A stretch of DNA of 63,921 nucleotides, filler included, from Octopus bimaculoides (Eukaryota): the NCBI RefSeq assembly GCF_001194135.2. It is 5 parts of 5 records of this genome, joined end to end, with 100 filler letters (N's around TTAATTAATTAA, not from the genome) between each part and the next. Parts side by side here need not be neighbours in the genome. Positions count along the whole stretch, not along the records: positions 18,378 to 38,645 come from NC_068981.1; 4 more parts are not named here. One strand, given 5' to 3'. How positions within the stretch are numbered: position 1 is the first letter of the stretch; every line of letters begins with the position of its first letter. Shown here piece by piece: positions 24,262 through 35,319 of the stretch. A model generated the notes under the pieces. It saw only the letters and a program-made list of their open reading frames with translations, made no database searches and was not told the DNA's origin. The position numbers and the translations under genes were made by a program.

Positions 24262-24500
24262 CATCATCATTTAACGTCTGCTTTCCATGCTGGCATGTGT
24301 TGGACAGTTCAACTGGAGCTGGTAAGTCAGAGAGCTACACCAGGCTCTGTTTGCCTGTTTTAGAAACCATGCCAAAATATACAATTGGAACCTGGTGTTA
24401 GCTCTCTTGCTTACCAGCTCCTGTTAAACCATCCAGCCCATGCCAGCATGGAAAGTGGACATTAAATGATAGTGGTGGTGATAATGATGATGATGATGAT
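24262..24500. mobile_element. Two RTE 3' tails joined head-to-head (fold-back)
   Basis: The left part (CAT)n-TTAACGTCTGCTTTCCATGCTGGCATG...CACCAGG is the reverse complement of the right part over about 90 bp. Confidence 0.8.
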
Positions 24501-24787
24501 TCTTTTGACTTGATTTAATTCCGTTGACTTTTGATGTCCTTTTATATTTTAATGAATTTCTTTTTACTGCCAAGAAAGATGATGAGTTGTCAGCATCTGC
24601 ACTTAAGTTTGAAATTACATCTAGACATATTTAGATTACTTTTCATTTTACTTTTTTAAATGTAAATTTAACCAATGAAATACTTTGTATACTGAACATT
24701 TGCTTATAATTTTCATGGAAAGAATAATAAAAGTATATTGTTATATTTAGTCATACATTTGCAAATTAACCACATGCGTAAAATATC

Positions 24788-25004
24788 TGGTCTTCACTTC
24801 AGCTTTATTATTATTATTTTTTTTATTTTAGTGTCCTTTGTCTGACATCTTTCGTAGTCGCACATCCTCTTTGGTATGACCTCTTCAGCGAGGTCGCGTT
24901 GTTCTGTTTAGTCCATTCTGTATTTCTGAAGAGGTCTCCAGATGTGTGATGAAAGATTTCAGACAAAGGACACTAAAATAATAATAAAACTGAATTGAAA
25001 ACCA
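24788..25004. mobile_element. Palindromic Penelope-like remnant with CTGAAGA...GAAAGAT.TC on both arms
   Basis: Arms 24788-24888 and 24926-25004 are reverse complements, with a 29-bp near-perfect core TTTAGTGTCCTTTGTCTGA.ATCTTTC. Confidence 0.6.
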
Positions 25005-25384
25005 AGTATATAGTGTGAGTAGTTGATTGGCAAAAATATGACCATCCCCAAACATAACAATATCTGCTTCAACACAATTTCACATCAGGAAACTTGCACA
25101 ACAAATACATAAACAGAATAATAAACGATTTGATGTAAATAAAACTCTCAGTAACAGCTAAGTTCACTTGTCATGGCTTTTTGATTGAAACAGTTGAGAA
25201 CTCTTATTCACAATGTTTTCTTGACATTCCTTAGAATTGATTTTTTTGTTAACCATAAAACAAATGAAACCAAACATACAGTTTTTAACAATGTTTTTAT
25301 TTTTCTGTTTAATTAACTGCTGTTTGATTTGATATTTGCCTCTAACACCTTGCAGTGGCCTATAATTTAATTCTTGTTTAGCTC

Positions 25385-25671
25385 CAGTATGGTCCAGTGC
25401 CGCTGGACTGTGCAGGTGGCACGTAAAATACACCATTTTGAGCGTGGCCGTTGCCAGTACCGCCTGACTGGCCTTCATGCCAGTGGCACGTAAAAGCACC
25501 CACTACACTCTCGGAGTGGTTGGCATTAGGAAGGGCATCCAGCTGTAGAAACTCTGCCAAATCAGATTGGAGCCTGGTGTAGCCATCTGGTTTCACCAGT
25601 CCTCAGTCAAATCGTCCAACCCATGCTAGCATGGAAAGCGGATGTTAAACGATGATGATGATGATGATGAT
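25385..25671 (+). mobile_element. RTE 3' UTR/tail, young
   Basis: Near-identical to 18850-19083; (GAT)n tail. Confidence 0.9.
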
Positions 25672-26221
25672 GTGATCAGATGTGTTCCATCCAAAACCAA
25701 CTCATCTTTTTAAACCTTCCTTTGTTTCATTTTTTTTAAAGATGGTAGCATGGTATTAGAAAGAATTTGGTTACTGTTTCTAGCATATTGTTCAACTACA
25801 TAGAGGCTTTCTCATTAATTCATATAATAGTGGAAATGTTTGTAGTTGAAAAGAGGATTAGAGTCACAGTCATCAACAGGTTTCTAATTTTGATGAGTGG
25901 ATAGCACAAAAACATTTGCAATGAGCTTAGACTTGCATTCATTTGCTTGTAAGACCTCCTGCATGGGTTGTTTTTTTCTTGCATACATTTGCTCCACACA
26001 CATACATATCCATCCTTCTGGCTAACTTTACATCTATGCTCTTCTAAAGATACTTTCTCTACATATACAAGATAGAAAGATACTATGACAAAAAAATATT
26101 TTGTTGTTGTACCCATACAAGACAAAAAAAAACTTGTAAATTTATCTTTAATTGCTAATTACTTCATGTAAAGCCATAGTAATCTGGATTGTCAGCACAT
26201 TTGAATCTACTTTTTTTTTGG

Positions 26222-26640
26222 CAGAGAATGTGGCGAGCTGGCAGAATTGTTAACACACTGGTCAAAACGCTTAACAACATTTGTCCATCTTCACATTCTG
26301 AGTTCAAATTCTGCTGAAGTCGACTTTGCCTTTCATCTTTTTGGGGTCAATGAAATAAGTACCAGTTGAGCACTGGGGTCAATATAATTGACTTATCTCC
26401 TCTCCTGAAATCGTTGACCTTGTGCCAAAATTTGAAACCATTATTATTATTAAGGAAGCAAGCTGGCAGAATCGTCAGCACACCAGATGAAATGTCCTGT
26501 GTTCAAATTTTGCCAAGGTGAGTTTGCCCTTCATCCTTTTGAGGGTGATGAAATAAATACCAGTTGAGCACTGGGGGCAATGTAATTGACTTGCCTCCTC
26601 CCCAAAATCGCAGGCCTTGTGCCAAAATTTGAAATCCTTA
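26222..26640 (+). mobile_element. Two tandem SINE family B copies
   Basis: The first copy ends AAATTTGAAACC-(ATT)n; the second starts TAAGGAAGCAAGCTGGCAGAATCG at ~26451. Confidence 0.8.
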
Positions 26641-26644
26641 TTAT

Positions 26645-26935
26645 TATTCAGTGAGAGAGCAGCACATGCCATCAAAGTGACACTGGGGTACAAATATATG
26701 AAGTCTAATATACCCATCATGACCACCTGTCTGATAAGGGTACACCAGGCACATGCATCACAACCATGGTGATCTCATATCAAGATAAACATTGGCATGG
26801 TGATCGCATATCAAGATAAACAGTGTATTACCTTGCAGGTGGGGCCCAAATAGAATTTTCTTCAGGTCGAGTAGTCCATCCCACTCAAAATGTCCCTGAA
26901 TAAGGCTTGTTTAAGGATGAACAAAACACCCATAT
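26645..26935 (+). repeat. Unclassified repeat (family H)
   Basis: GAGAG.AG.AGCACA.GCC.TCAAAG...CTGGGGTACAAATATA.GAAG.C.AATATACCCAT also occurs inverted at ~51925-52010; internal 27-bp duplication CATGGTGATC.CATATCAAGATAAACA. Confidence 0.55.
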
Positions 26936-27108
26936 CACCCATATCTCTTTACTTTTACATGATTACGATCTTACGTTAACTTTCAAGTCTTTCTAAATTA
27001 TCCCCCTTTAGGCTGTAACTATTTTGAATGGTGAATTTGTTAACTTTGGCTTGTATTAGATAAGGATAAACTATTTATTACTGTTATTGAACTTTCTACA
27101 ACCACTTT

Positions 27109-27348
27109 CGCATTCCATGACGACCACTGGGATTGATCAGGTACTGAAAAAGGATTCTGGATTATTTTTCCAGTTTTTTTTTTCCTTTATTTTTGAGAGT
27201 GGTCGGGTTCATTTTTAGTATTTTCATTTGAGAGAGCAGTCGAGTTTATTTCAGATATTCTCATTTTAAAAATCATCTCTGGCTAATCGTTGAGAGGACG
27301 TTGGTGTTGCCTTGACAGAGGTTTGTGCTCTCTGAGTGCTCTTGTTAT
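27109..27348 (-). mobile_element. HINE-like element, 5' part, inverted relative to 23089-23456
   Basis: Reverse complement of TAACAAGAGCACTCAGAGAGC...GATTAGCCAGAGATGATTTTTAAAATGAGAATATCTGAAATAAACTC. Confidence 0.7.
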
Positions 27349-27456
27349 TATTATTATTATTATTATGACATTTATCACAAAAAAATTTTATCATACAAAA
27401 ACAATCTTGGTGGTAAAATAGACTCTGGCTACCATATTCCATGCTGCATGGGTTAA

Positions 27457-27630
27457 CCCTTTAGCATTTAAACTAGACATATCCAGCCAAAATATTCTAC
27501 ACGCTGCATGTTCAAACTGGCCAAATTCAGTCTCTCACACCTACTCTATAATGTCATTCTAAAAACAAACCACCACATCATCTGAATCTTCAACCTACAA
27601 GATAATTCCTGATTAATTCAAAACAAGTAA
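27457..27630 (+). mobile_element. piggyBac-like MITE left end, truncated
   Basis: TTAA|CCCTTTAGCATTTAAAC start; no matching right end seen. Confidence 0.4.
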
Positions 27631-27793
27631 ACCAGTCCCAGGCAGCCTGTGGCCCAAGGGACTTTCTGATGGCACACCTAACAAAAAAATTGCCCTCAGT
27701 GGGTTTTTTTTCTTTTGGTAGTGCAACCCTGCCTAATGAACCATGTATCACGCAACTTGCTTCTCAAAAAGGGTTGCCCATGCCTTGGTTTAA

Positions 27794-28015
27794 CCCTTTT
27801 GATACCAACCCAGCTGAAACCGTCTCTGGCTCTGTAGTACAAATGTCTTGTTTTCAAAAGTTCTGAATTAAAATCTTCCACCAAACCTTAGTCACAATTT
27901 ATGCTCCAAACACTAGCTTAATGATAACTAAGTTATTTTACTAAATTCTTTGTTATATTTAAAATTAATTGAAAGAAACACAGAGCATCTCAACAGAAAT
28001 ATGGTAACAAAAGGG
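27794..28015. mobile_element. piggyBac-type MITE (222 bp)
   Basis: TTAA (27790-93) | CCCTTTTGATACC ... GGTAACAAAAGGG | TTAA (28016-19), 12/13 TIR match; related decayed copy at ~21900-22100. Confidence 0.85.
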
Positions 28016-28222
28016 TTAAATAATGACTGCACAGAAGAAAGTGCATTTTGCTAGGAGAGCAAACTGAAGTACAGAATATTTGGCGTGCATAAATCTGTAT
28101 GCTACTCTTTGTATCTGATTAACTTTTACTGTACCATAGATATTGAATAAAGCTATCTGATATTGCTCAATACAGAGATTCCATTGCTGTTTCTTGTTCA
28201 TTTTACTCAGTAACATTTAGAT

Positions 28223-28520
28223 CAGTGGTTCTTAAGCTTTTTCATTGCCTTACCCACTGAGACTCTCCAGGGTATTACCGTGACCACTGTAATAGATTTT
28301 GTAATGGTCTTGGAACACAAATTGCCATGGGGGTCACAGAGCAGGAGTGATACACATACAGTCATGATACCACTAGCAGTTGTAATACATGACACTGTAA
28401 TACAGCAATGCAATACCTCAAATACATGAAATAAATTACTTTCTCCCAAACCCTCTGTACCCCACTCCCCGAAGAAACCCCCACCCCAGGGGGTCACAAC
28501 CCCCAGGTTAAGAAACGCTG
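28223..28520. mobile_element. hAT (Charlie-like) MITE
   Basis: CAGTGGTTCTTAA ... TTAAGAAACGCTG; 8-bp flanks ATTTAGAT/ATTGAGAC (6/8). Confidence 0.75.
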
Positions 28521-28698
28521 ATTGAGACTTCATTGAGATTGTGTACACTCAGTTTATCTCCAGAGTGCTTTCTAAAGTTTCATGTAATCAGCTTAATTAA
28601 TTGCCTAACAAAAGATAACAGTTGTTGGTACAGCTACACTGATACCACTAACAGATTTGTGTAATCTGGTAGTAGTTTTAAACTATTGCAATGATCGT

Positions 28699-28736
<38 letters not shown>

Positions 28737-29194
28737 AAATTCTCCCTCACATGATCATGCTTTAAAGTCAGGTGACTTGTGCATATAACAATAGCACCCT
28801 ATCATTGTATTGAATATCTTTTCACAGCTAATGGCTGTATTGAGCAAACACAAAGTAAAAGTGAGCCATGGACTATGAAGACCTCTATCTTGATAGGTAT
28901 AGCCTTAAGTATTCAACTTCCGTCCCTACACACTGAAATATTTTGTTTTAGGTTCATTTTCTAAAACAAGATTATTGGTTGTTTTTGTTGATTATTTTCT
29001 CAGTTTTTCTAAACTTTTATAATGTTCTTTAATTCCACAGAATTTACAAGGCATTGTCATTCTGGCCATGCTAATGTATTTATGTATGGTATATAAATTA
29101 AATTATGGTCAGTTGAGGCAACTATAATATATCAACTAGACTAAACAATTTATTGCATCTATTTCCACGCCTTGTGTTTCTAAATTAAAATGTT

Positions 29195-29390
29195 TACTCT
29201 TTACTCTTTTACTGTTTTACTTGTTTCAGTCATTTGACTGCGGCCATGCTGGAGCACCGCCTTTTAGTCAAGCAAATTGACCCCAGGACTTATTTTTTGT
29301 TAGCCTAGTACTTATTCTATCGGTCTCTTTTGCCGAACTGCTAAACACACCGCCATTGGTTGTCAAGCGATATTGGGGGGATAAACACAG

Positions 29391-29426
<36 letters not shown>

Positions 29427-29886
29427 CATCGTNNNNNNNNNNNNNNNNNNNNNNNNNNNNNNNNNNNNNNNNNNNNNNNNNNNNNNNNNNNNNNNNNNNN
29501 NNNNNNNNNNNNNNNNNNNNNNNNNNNNNNNNNNNNNNNNNNNNNNNNNNNNNNNNNNNNNNNNNNNNNNNNNNNNNNNNNNNNNNNNNNNNNNNNNNNN
29601 NNNNNNNNNNNNNNNNNNNNNNNNNNNNNNNNNNNNNNNNNNNNNNNNNNNNNNNNNNNNNNNNNNNNNNNNNNNNNNNNNNNNNNNNNNNNNNNNNNNN
29701 NNNNNNNNNNNNNNNNNNNNNNNNNNNNNNNNNNNNNNNNNNNNNNNNNNNNNNNNNNNNNNNNNNNNNNNNNNNNNNNNNNNNNNNNNNNNNNNNNNNN
29801 NNNNNNNNNNNNNNNNNNNNNNNNNNNNNNNNNNNNNNNNNNNNNNNNNNNNNNNNNNNNNNNNNNNNNNNNNNNNNNNNNNNNNN

Positions 29887-29918
<32 letters not shown>

Positions 29919-30073
29919 GACAGGCTTCTTTCAGTTTCTGTCTACCAAATCCACTCACAAGGCTTTAGTCGGCTCGAGGCTATAGTAGAAGACACTTGCC
30001 CAAGGTGCCATGCAGTGGGAATGAACCCAAAACCATGTGGTTGGTAAGCAAGCTACTTACCACACAGCCACTC
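29195..30073 (-). mobile_element. SINE family A, full length, with an assembly gap in its internal microsatellite
   Basis: Tail at 29195-29400, head at 29908-30073. Confidence 0.85.
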
Positions 30074-30492
30074 ATAGTGTTAATTTTTTTTTTTTGTCTT
30101 CATCTTTCCCATCACCAAACTGAATTAAGTATCAGTAATATACTTGAGTTTATTCAATTAATTATACCTCCTCATCATCTATCTACTACACATGATCTTT
30201 CACATAATAATTGAAGAAAGGCAAACATTCTTCATGTAATAATATTTAGTTCAAATAAGGAAAATATGATAAAGAAGAATTTGAAGACAATACATTGAGT
30301 TTGTTATGAAGTATGACTTGGTTCCCAACTTTTCTGCAATATATCTGGAACAGCAGATTTGTAGGCTGCACTTAGCCATTTGGCCAACTACTGACATAGA
30401 TATGCTATGCCTCATCAGAACTGACCTGATGCTATGCAACAACATTTCCACTACAAAACAATAAACAACCCTCCTCTCCTATATATGTATGT

Positions 30493-31228
30493 AGGAGTGG
30501 CTGTGTGGTAAGTAGCTTGCTTACCAACCACATGGTTCCGGGTTCAGTCCCACTGTATGGCACCTTGGGTAAGTGTCTTCTACTATAGCCTCGGGCCGAC
30601 CAAAGCCTTGTGAGTGGATTTGGTAGACGGAAACTAAAAGAAGCCCATCGTATATATGTATATATATATATATATATCATCATCATCATCATCATCATCG
30701 TTTAACGTCCGCTTTCCATGCTAGCATGGGTTGGACGATTTGACTGAGGACTGGTGAAACTGGATGGCAACACCAGGCTCCAATCTAATTTGGCAGAGTT
30801 TCTACAGCTGGATGCCCTTCCTAACGCCAACCACTCAGAGAGTGTAGTGGGTGCTTTTACGTGTCACCCATATGTATGTGTGTCTGTGTTTGCCCCCCCC
30901 CCCCCNNNNNNNNNNNNNNNNNNNNNNNNNNNNNNNNNNNNNNNNNNNNNNNNNNNNNNNNNNNNNNNNNNNNNNNNNNNNNNNNNNNNNNNNNNNNNNN
31001 NNNNNNNNNNNNNNNNNNNNNNNNNNNNNNNNNNNNNNNNNNNNNNNNNNNNNNNNNNNNNNNNNNGCTGGTATGTTTACATCCCCATAACTTAGCGGTT
31101 CGGCAAAAGTGACCAATAGAATAAGTACTAGGCTTACAAAGAATAAGTCCTGGGGTCGATTTGCTCGACTAAAGGCGGTACTCCAGCATGGCTGCAGTCA
31201 AATGACTGAAACAAGTAAAGAGTAAAAG
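30493..31228 (+). mobile_element. SINE family A interrupted by an antisense RTE tail (30677-30868)
   Basis: Head 30493-30660, (TA)n, (CAT)n-RTE tail on the minus strand, then the SINE resumes to its tail at ~31228. Confidence 0.85.
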
Positions 31229-31230
31229 TG

Positions 31231-31262
<32 letters not shown>

Positions 31263-31814
31263 AGTATGTATACAAACGTACGTACACACACACACACACA
31301 TACACTCCTAAATACATAAACCACACATCTCAGTATTAATTCTTAGCAGCAATCTGTTGTAATCCATGCAGCTCTTTTGCAATTACATATTGAATAGGTA
31401 GAAAGCACATTTATTTATTAACAGCATAACAGAGACAGCCTGACTTCACAATACCATCCTAAAATCTTTCTCATCTCAAATAATGAAACAAAAACAAAAA
31501 GAATATATTTAAGCCTATATTTTGAGCTGGCCAATTTTCTATATATGTTTGTTTATCTTTGCTACAATCACTACGAAAATCTGATGGACTTTTAAACACA
31601 AAGATTAGATAACAAATAAACCAAAGCATTCTCAGACTGTCGCATTGTGCTATACAACAACATGATAATACACTACCAAGCTATAATAATACTATTATTA
31701 TTGCTGCTGCTGCTGCTACAATTATTCTTCACATTTCATTGTTAAATGTTTATTAAATAACCCAGTCATGGGTTACTGAGTCTGGTTAATTAGCTGCATG
31801 GTTCTGTGAAGACA

Positions 31815-32205
31815 GCCAGGCATGGCTGTGTGGTAAGAAGCCTGCTTCCCAACCACATGATTTTGGGTTCAATCCCTCAATGTGTCATGGTGGGCAAGTA
31901 TCTTCTATAACCTCAGGCCAACCAAAGCCTTGTGACTGAATTTGGTAGACAGAAACTAAAAGAAGCCTGTCACATATATGCGTGTGTGTGTGTGTGTGTG
32001 TTTGTCCCCCTCCACTGCTTGACAACCTGTGTTGGTTTGTGTATGCCCCCTTAACTTTGTCATTTGGCAAAAAAAAAATTGATAAAATAAGCACCAAGCT
32101 TAAGAAAAACAAATCCTGGGATTGATTCGTTCGACTAAAAGTTCTTCAAGGCAGTACTCCAGCATGGCCACACTCAAGTGACTGAAACAGATAAGAAATA
32201 AAGTA
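31815..32205 (+). mobile_element. SINE family A, full length, decayed
   Basis: Colinear with 14799-15190. Confidence 0.8.
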
Positions 32206-32569
32206 TATGACCATGTATGAGACATATTTGAACTAGTACTTGGTCACTTCATTTCTTGAATTCTTGACTAATCAGCCAGTACAAGTACACTTGCTGCTAC
32301 TATATATATATATATATATATATATGGCTTATGTTCTCATTAGCTATATATTGCAGTACAATATATTGGGCTGTCTTTCTTTCCAGCTCAGAACTACATG
32401 GTCATGACGAATAAACGCTTCCTTTTGTTACTTGAAGTTCATCTGACAGCTTAATGCATCCTCCATATAGAAGCTTCACATTCAGTCTTTCCTTTCTGTA
32501 TTACTATTAACAGAATGATGGGTGGTAGCATCAGTAGGTTAAATTCCTTGCAATATTAGTGAAGTCTAA

Positions 32570-32768
32570 GGCAGCAAGCTGACAATTGTTAGCACGCCGG
32601 ACAAATTGCCTTGCACCATTTCATCCATCTTCAAATTCTGTTGAGGTCGACTTTACCTTTTTATTGTTTTGTGGTCAATAAATTAAGTACTAGTTGAGCA
32701 GTGGGATTGATGTAATCAAGTTATCCCCTCCTTGAAATTACTGGCCTTGTGCCAAAATTTGAAATTAA
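32570..32768 (+). mobile_element. SINE family B
   Basis: AGGCAGCAAGCTGAC...GAGGTCGACTTTACC...AAGTACTAGTTGAGCA...GGCCTTGTGCCAAAATTTGAAA. Confidence 0.8.
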
Positions 32769-32879
32769 TATTTAGTGAAGTCCTTATGTATTCTGATTCC
32801 AAACCTGACTGAAATGGAATTTATTTATCCATTTATTTATTACATTTTCCATTGTACATAAGATAACTGGGTTTGACTG

Positions 32880-33262
32880 CCAGAGCAGCGGTCTCACTTC
32901 CGTGCTGGTGGCACATAAAAAGTGCCATTTGAGCGCGATCATTTCCAGCTTCGCCTTACTGGCACTCGTGCCAGTGGCATGTGAACAAAACATTGGACTG
33001 ACTCCTGTGCAGGTGGCATATAAAAAACACCATTTGAGCATGGCCGTTGCCAGTATTGCTGGACTGGCCCTCGTGCTGGTGGCACATAAAAAGCACCCAC
33101 TACACTCTCGGAGTGGTTGACGTTAGGAAGGGCATCTAGCTGTAGAAACTCTGCCAGATCAGATTGGAGTCTGGTGTAGCCATCTGGTTCGCCAGTCCCC
33201 AGTCAAATCGTCCAACTCATGCTAGCATGGAAAGCGGATGTTAAATGATGATGATGATGATT
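32880..33262 (+). mobile_element. RTE 3' UTR with repeated internal modules and (GAT)n tail
   Basis: Several GTGGCA.ATAAAAAG.CACCATTTGAGC modules, then the standard RTE tail. Confidence 0.85.
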
Positions 33263-33499
33263 AGTAGTAGTAGCAGTTTGGGGGTGGGGTTAACTTTTAC
33301 ATACTGGTACAGATCAGACACTTTTCCTCAGGCAATGTTTTACGCCCTTCTTGTCACCAACCCTTTTAATCACCTCTTACAACATACACCGACACAGTGT
33401 ACTTATTCTAAAATTGGGTCTTCTGCCTAAACTAGAATATATTGTTCATGGATGGATAGAATTGCTAGAGCATAGGAAAAAATGCCTTGTATTTCTTCT

Positions 33500-34058
33500 G
33501 GCTGTTTACATTTTGACCCCAACTGTAAATCAGTGTGTACAGCATTTCTGATAGCCTTTGGATCAACTTCCATGTCCATGGACAGTTTTCTCATGGATGT
33601 TGTTGGGTCTTTTGAAATTCTGGCTTCAAGAGATTTAAGAAATGCGTTATCCCATTTTTATCTATGCCTCCACTTCCTTCATGCTTCCCATATCCAGCAT
33701 TCAGTTCTTAACATTGTAGACGATGGTCACAAAGGCCCCAACAGTCTCAGCAATATGTCTAATTGCAACCCCGGCACAAAGCAAATCTGCAGTGTGTTGT
33801 CTCTTGGCTTCTTGGCTTCTTCACAAAGCAAATCTGCAATGCATTGTCTCTTGGCAAATCTGCAATGCATTGTCTCTTGGCAAATCTGCAATATGCTGTC
33901 TCTTAGCTTCATGCTGGATTGTATGACTGGAACTTCTGCTTTAATTAACTCTATATACCTCCACCCTGAAATAGAAAACAATATATTAGTATTTACACTC
34001 AGGAAAATATGAAAAATAAGGCTTCGGAAAATATTCCAAGTTTTGCTTCCCCACCCTG
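33500..34058 (-). mobile_element. Tc1/mariner transposon: left TIR plus decayed transposase N-terminus
   Basis: Minus strand TA|CAGGGTGGGGAAGCAAAA terminus at 34058; AKRQCIADLL and ARISKDPTTSMRKLSMDMEVDPKAIRNAVHTDL (HTH region); frameshifts and stops. Confidence 0.75.
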
Positions 34059-34170
34059 TATATATACATACACAGGTGAGCACATAGGTGCAAAACAAGG
34101 TGGAAAAAATAGTACTCAAAGACCAAAAGTAGAGTAATACGCTTTTATTAAAGCTGTAAAATTATCACAA

Positions 34171-34212
34171 AACTGTTACTCAGAGTTTCACGTGCCCATT
34201 TGTCAGACAGTT
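34171..34212 (-). ncRNA. Minimal type I hammerhead-like motif (G8A), left arm of the palindrome
   Basis: AACTGT-CTGACAA-ATG-GGCA-CGT-GAAA-CTC-T-GAG-TA|ACAGTT: 6-bp stem I, 3-bp stem II, palindromic stem III, GUA cleavage triplet. Confidence 0.6.
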
Positions 34213-34232
34213 GTGATGAAAACTGTCATCAC

Positions 34233-34274
34233 AACTCTCTGACAAACAGAAACGTGAAACTCTGAGTAACAGTT
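34233..34274 (+). ncRNA. Minimal type I hammerhead-like motif (G8A), right arm of the palindrome
   Basis: AACTCT-CTGACAA-ACA-GAAA-CGT-GAAA-CTC-T-GAG-TA|ACAGTT; one mismatch each in stems I and II. Confidence 0.55.
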
Positions 34275-34659
34275 TTGTGATAATTTTGCAGCTTTAATAA
34301 AAGTGTGTATATATGGATGGGTGGGTGGGTTGGTAAAATACAAGGAACCAATTAGATTCAAACAAATTAAATAGGAGCATCTCTGTTTATTTTTGGCTAG
34401 ATAGATTACTCGAAAAAGAATTCCAATCAATTCAACTGTTTACTTTGGCAGTCAATACAGAGTTAAAACAGTTATTCACTGGTGCCAGACATCCTACCAA
34501 TCCATGCTTGTATCAAAGAAATAATTGGTACATTTTATGTGGTATAATATATGGTAAACGAGAATAAAATGAATGGATATTTCAGGGGTATTACTAAACA
34601 TTTCAAAGGTGTGTTTATTTTGAATATGATTACAATTGTGTTACTTAATAGGTAACATA

Positions 34660-35005
34660 CTTTATCTTTTACTTGTTTCAATCATTAGATTGCAGCCATG
34701 CTGGGGCACCGCCTTGAAGAATTGCTAGTTGAACAAATCAACCCCAATACTTATTTTTTAAGCCTGGTACTTATTCTNNNNNNNNNNTATATATATGTAT
34801 ATATATATATATACATATATATAGCATCATCATCATCGTCGTTTATATATATATATATATATATATATCAGGCTTCTTTTAGCTTCCATCTACCATATTC
34901 ACTCACAAGGCTTTGGTCAGTCTGAGGCTATAGTAGAAGATACTTGCCCAAGGTGTCACACAGTAGAAGTGAACCCAGAACCATATGGTTGGGAAGCAAA
35001 CTTCT
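34660..35005 (-). mobile_element. SINE family A with a tiny RTE tail (34825-34844) in its (TA)n
   Basis: Tail at 34660-34777, head at 34868-35005; CATCATCATCATCGTCGTTT inside the TA tract. Confidence 0.75.
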
Positions 35006-35222
35006 TACTACATTCTGTAAAGGGTTTTTCCACGTGTAACCTTTCGAAGCGCCTCCCCCTATTGGGAGTTTTATTTGTTATATCTTTTTCTGTTTTCCTC
35101 ACTGTTTACACGAACGTTTTCTTTTCGGACAAAACCCTTTGTAACCGTCGTCCTGTCTTTGTCCTTACATGTTTTTAATTTATATTAGCCTTTGTGGCCA
35201 ATAAAACCAGAATTAATTATTA

Positions 35223-35259
<37 letters not shown>

Positions 35260-35266
<7 letters not shown>

Positions 35267-35319
35267 TGAAATATCACCTGAAGAAATGATAGTTTCTTCA
35301 GGTGATATTTCACTGAATA
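35260..35319. repeat. Perfect 27-bp inverted repeat with a 6-nt spacer
   Basis: TATTCAGTGAAATATCACCTGAAGAAA-TGATAG-TTTCTTCAGGTGATATTTCACTGAATA. Confidence 0.9.

Noticed and set aside
29041-32416. Plus-strand exon pair 29041-29084 and 32387-32416 (EFTRHCHSGHANVFISELHGHDE*)
   Set aside because: Acceptors look good and phases match, but there is no homology, no upstream chain, and a one-in-three chance of phase agreement.
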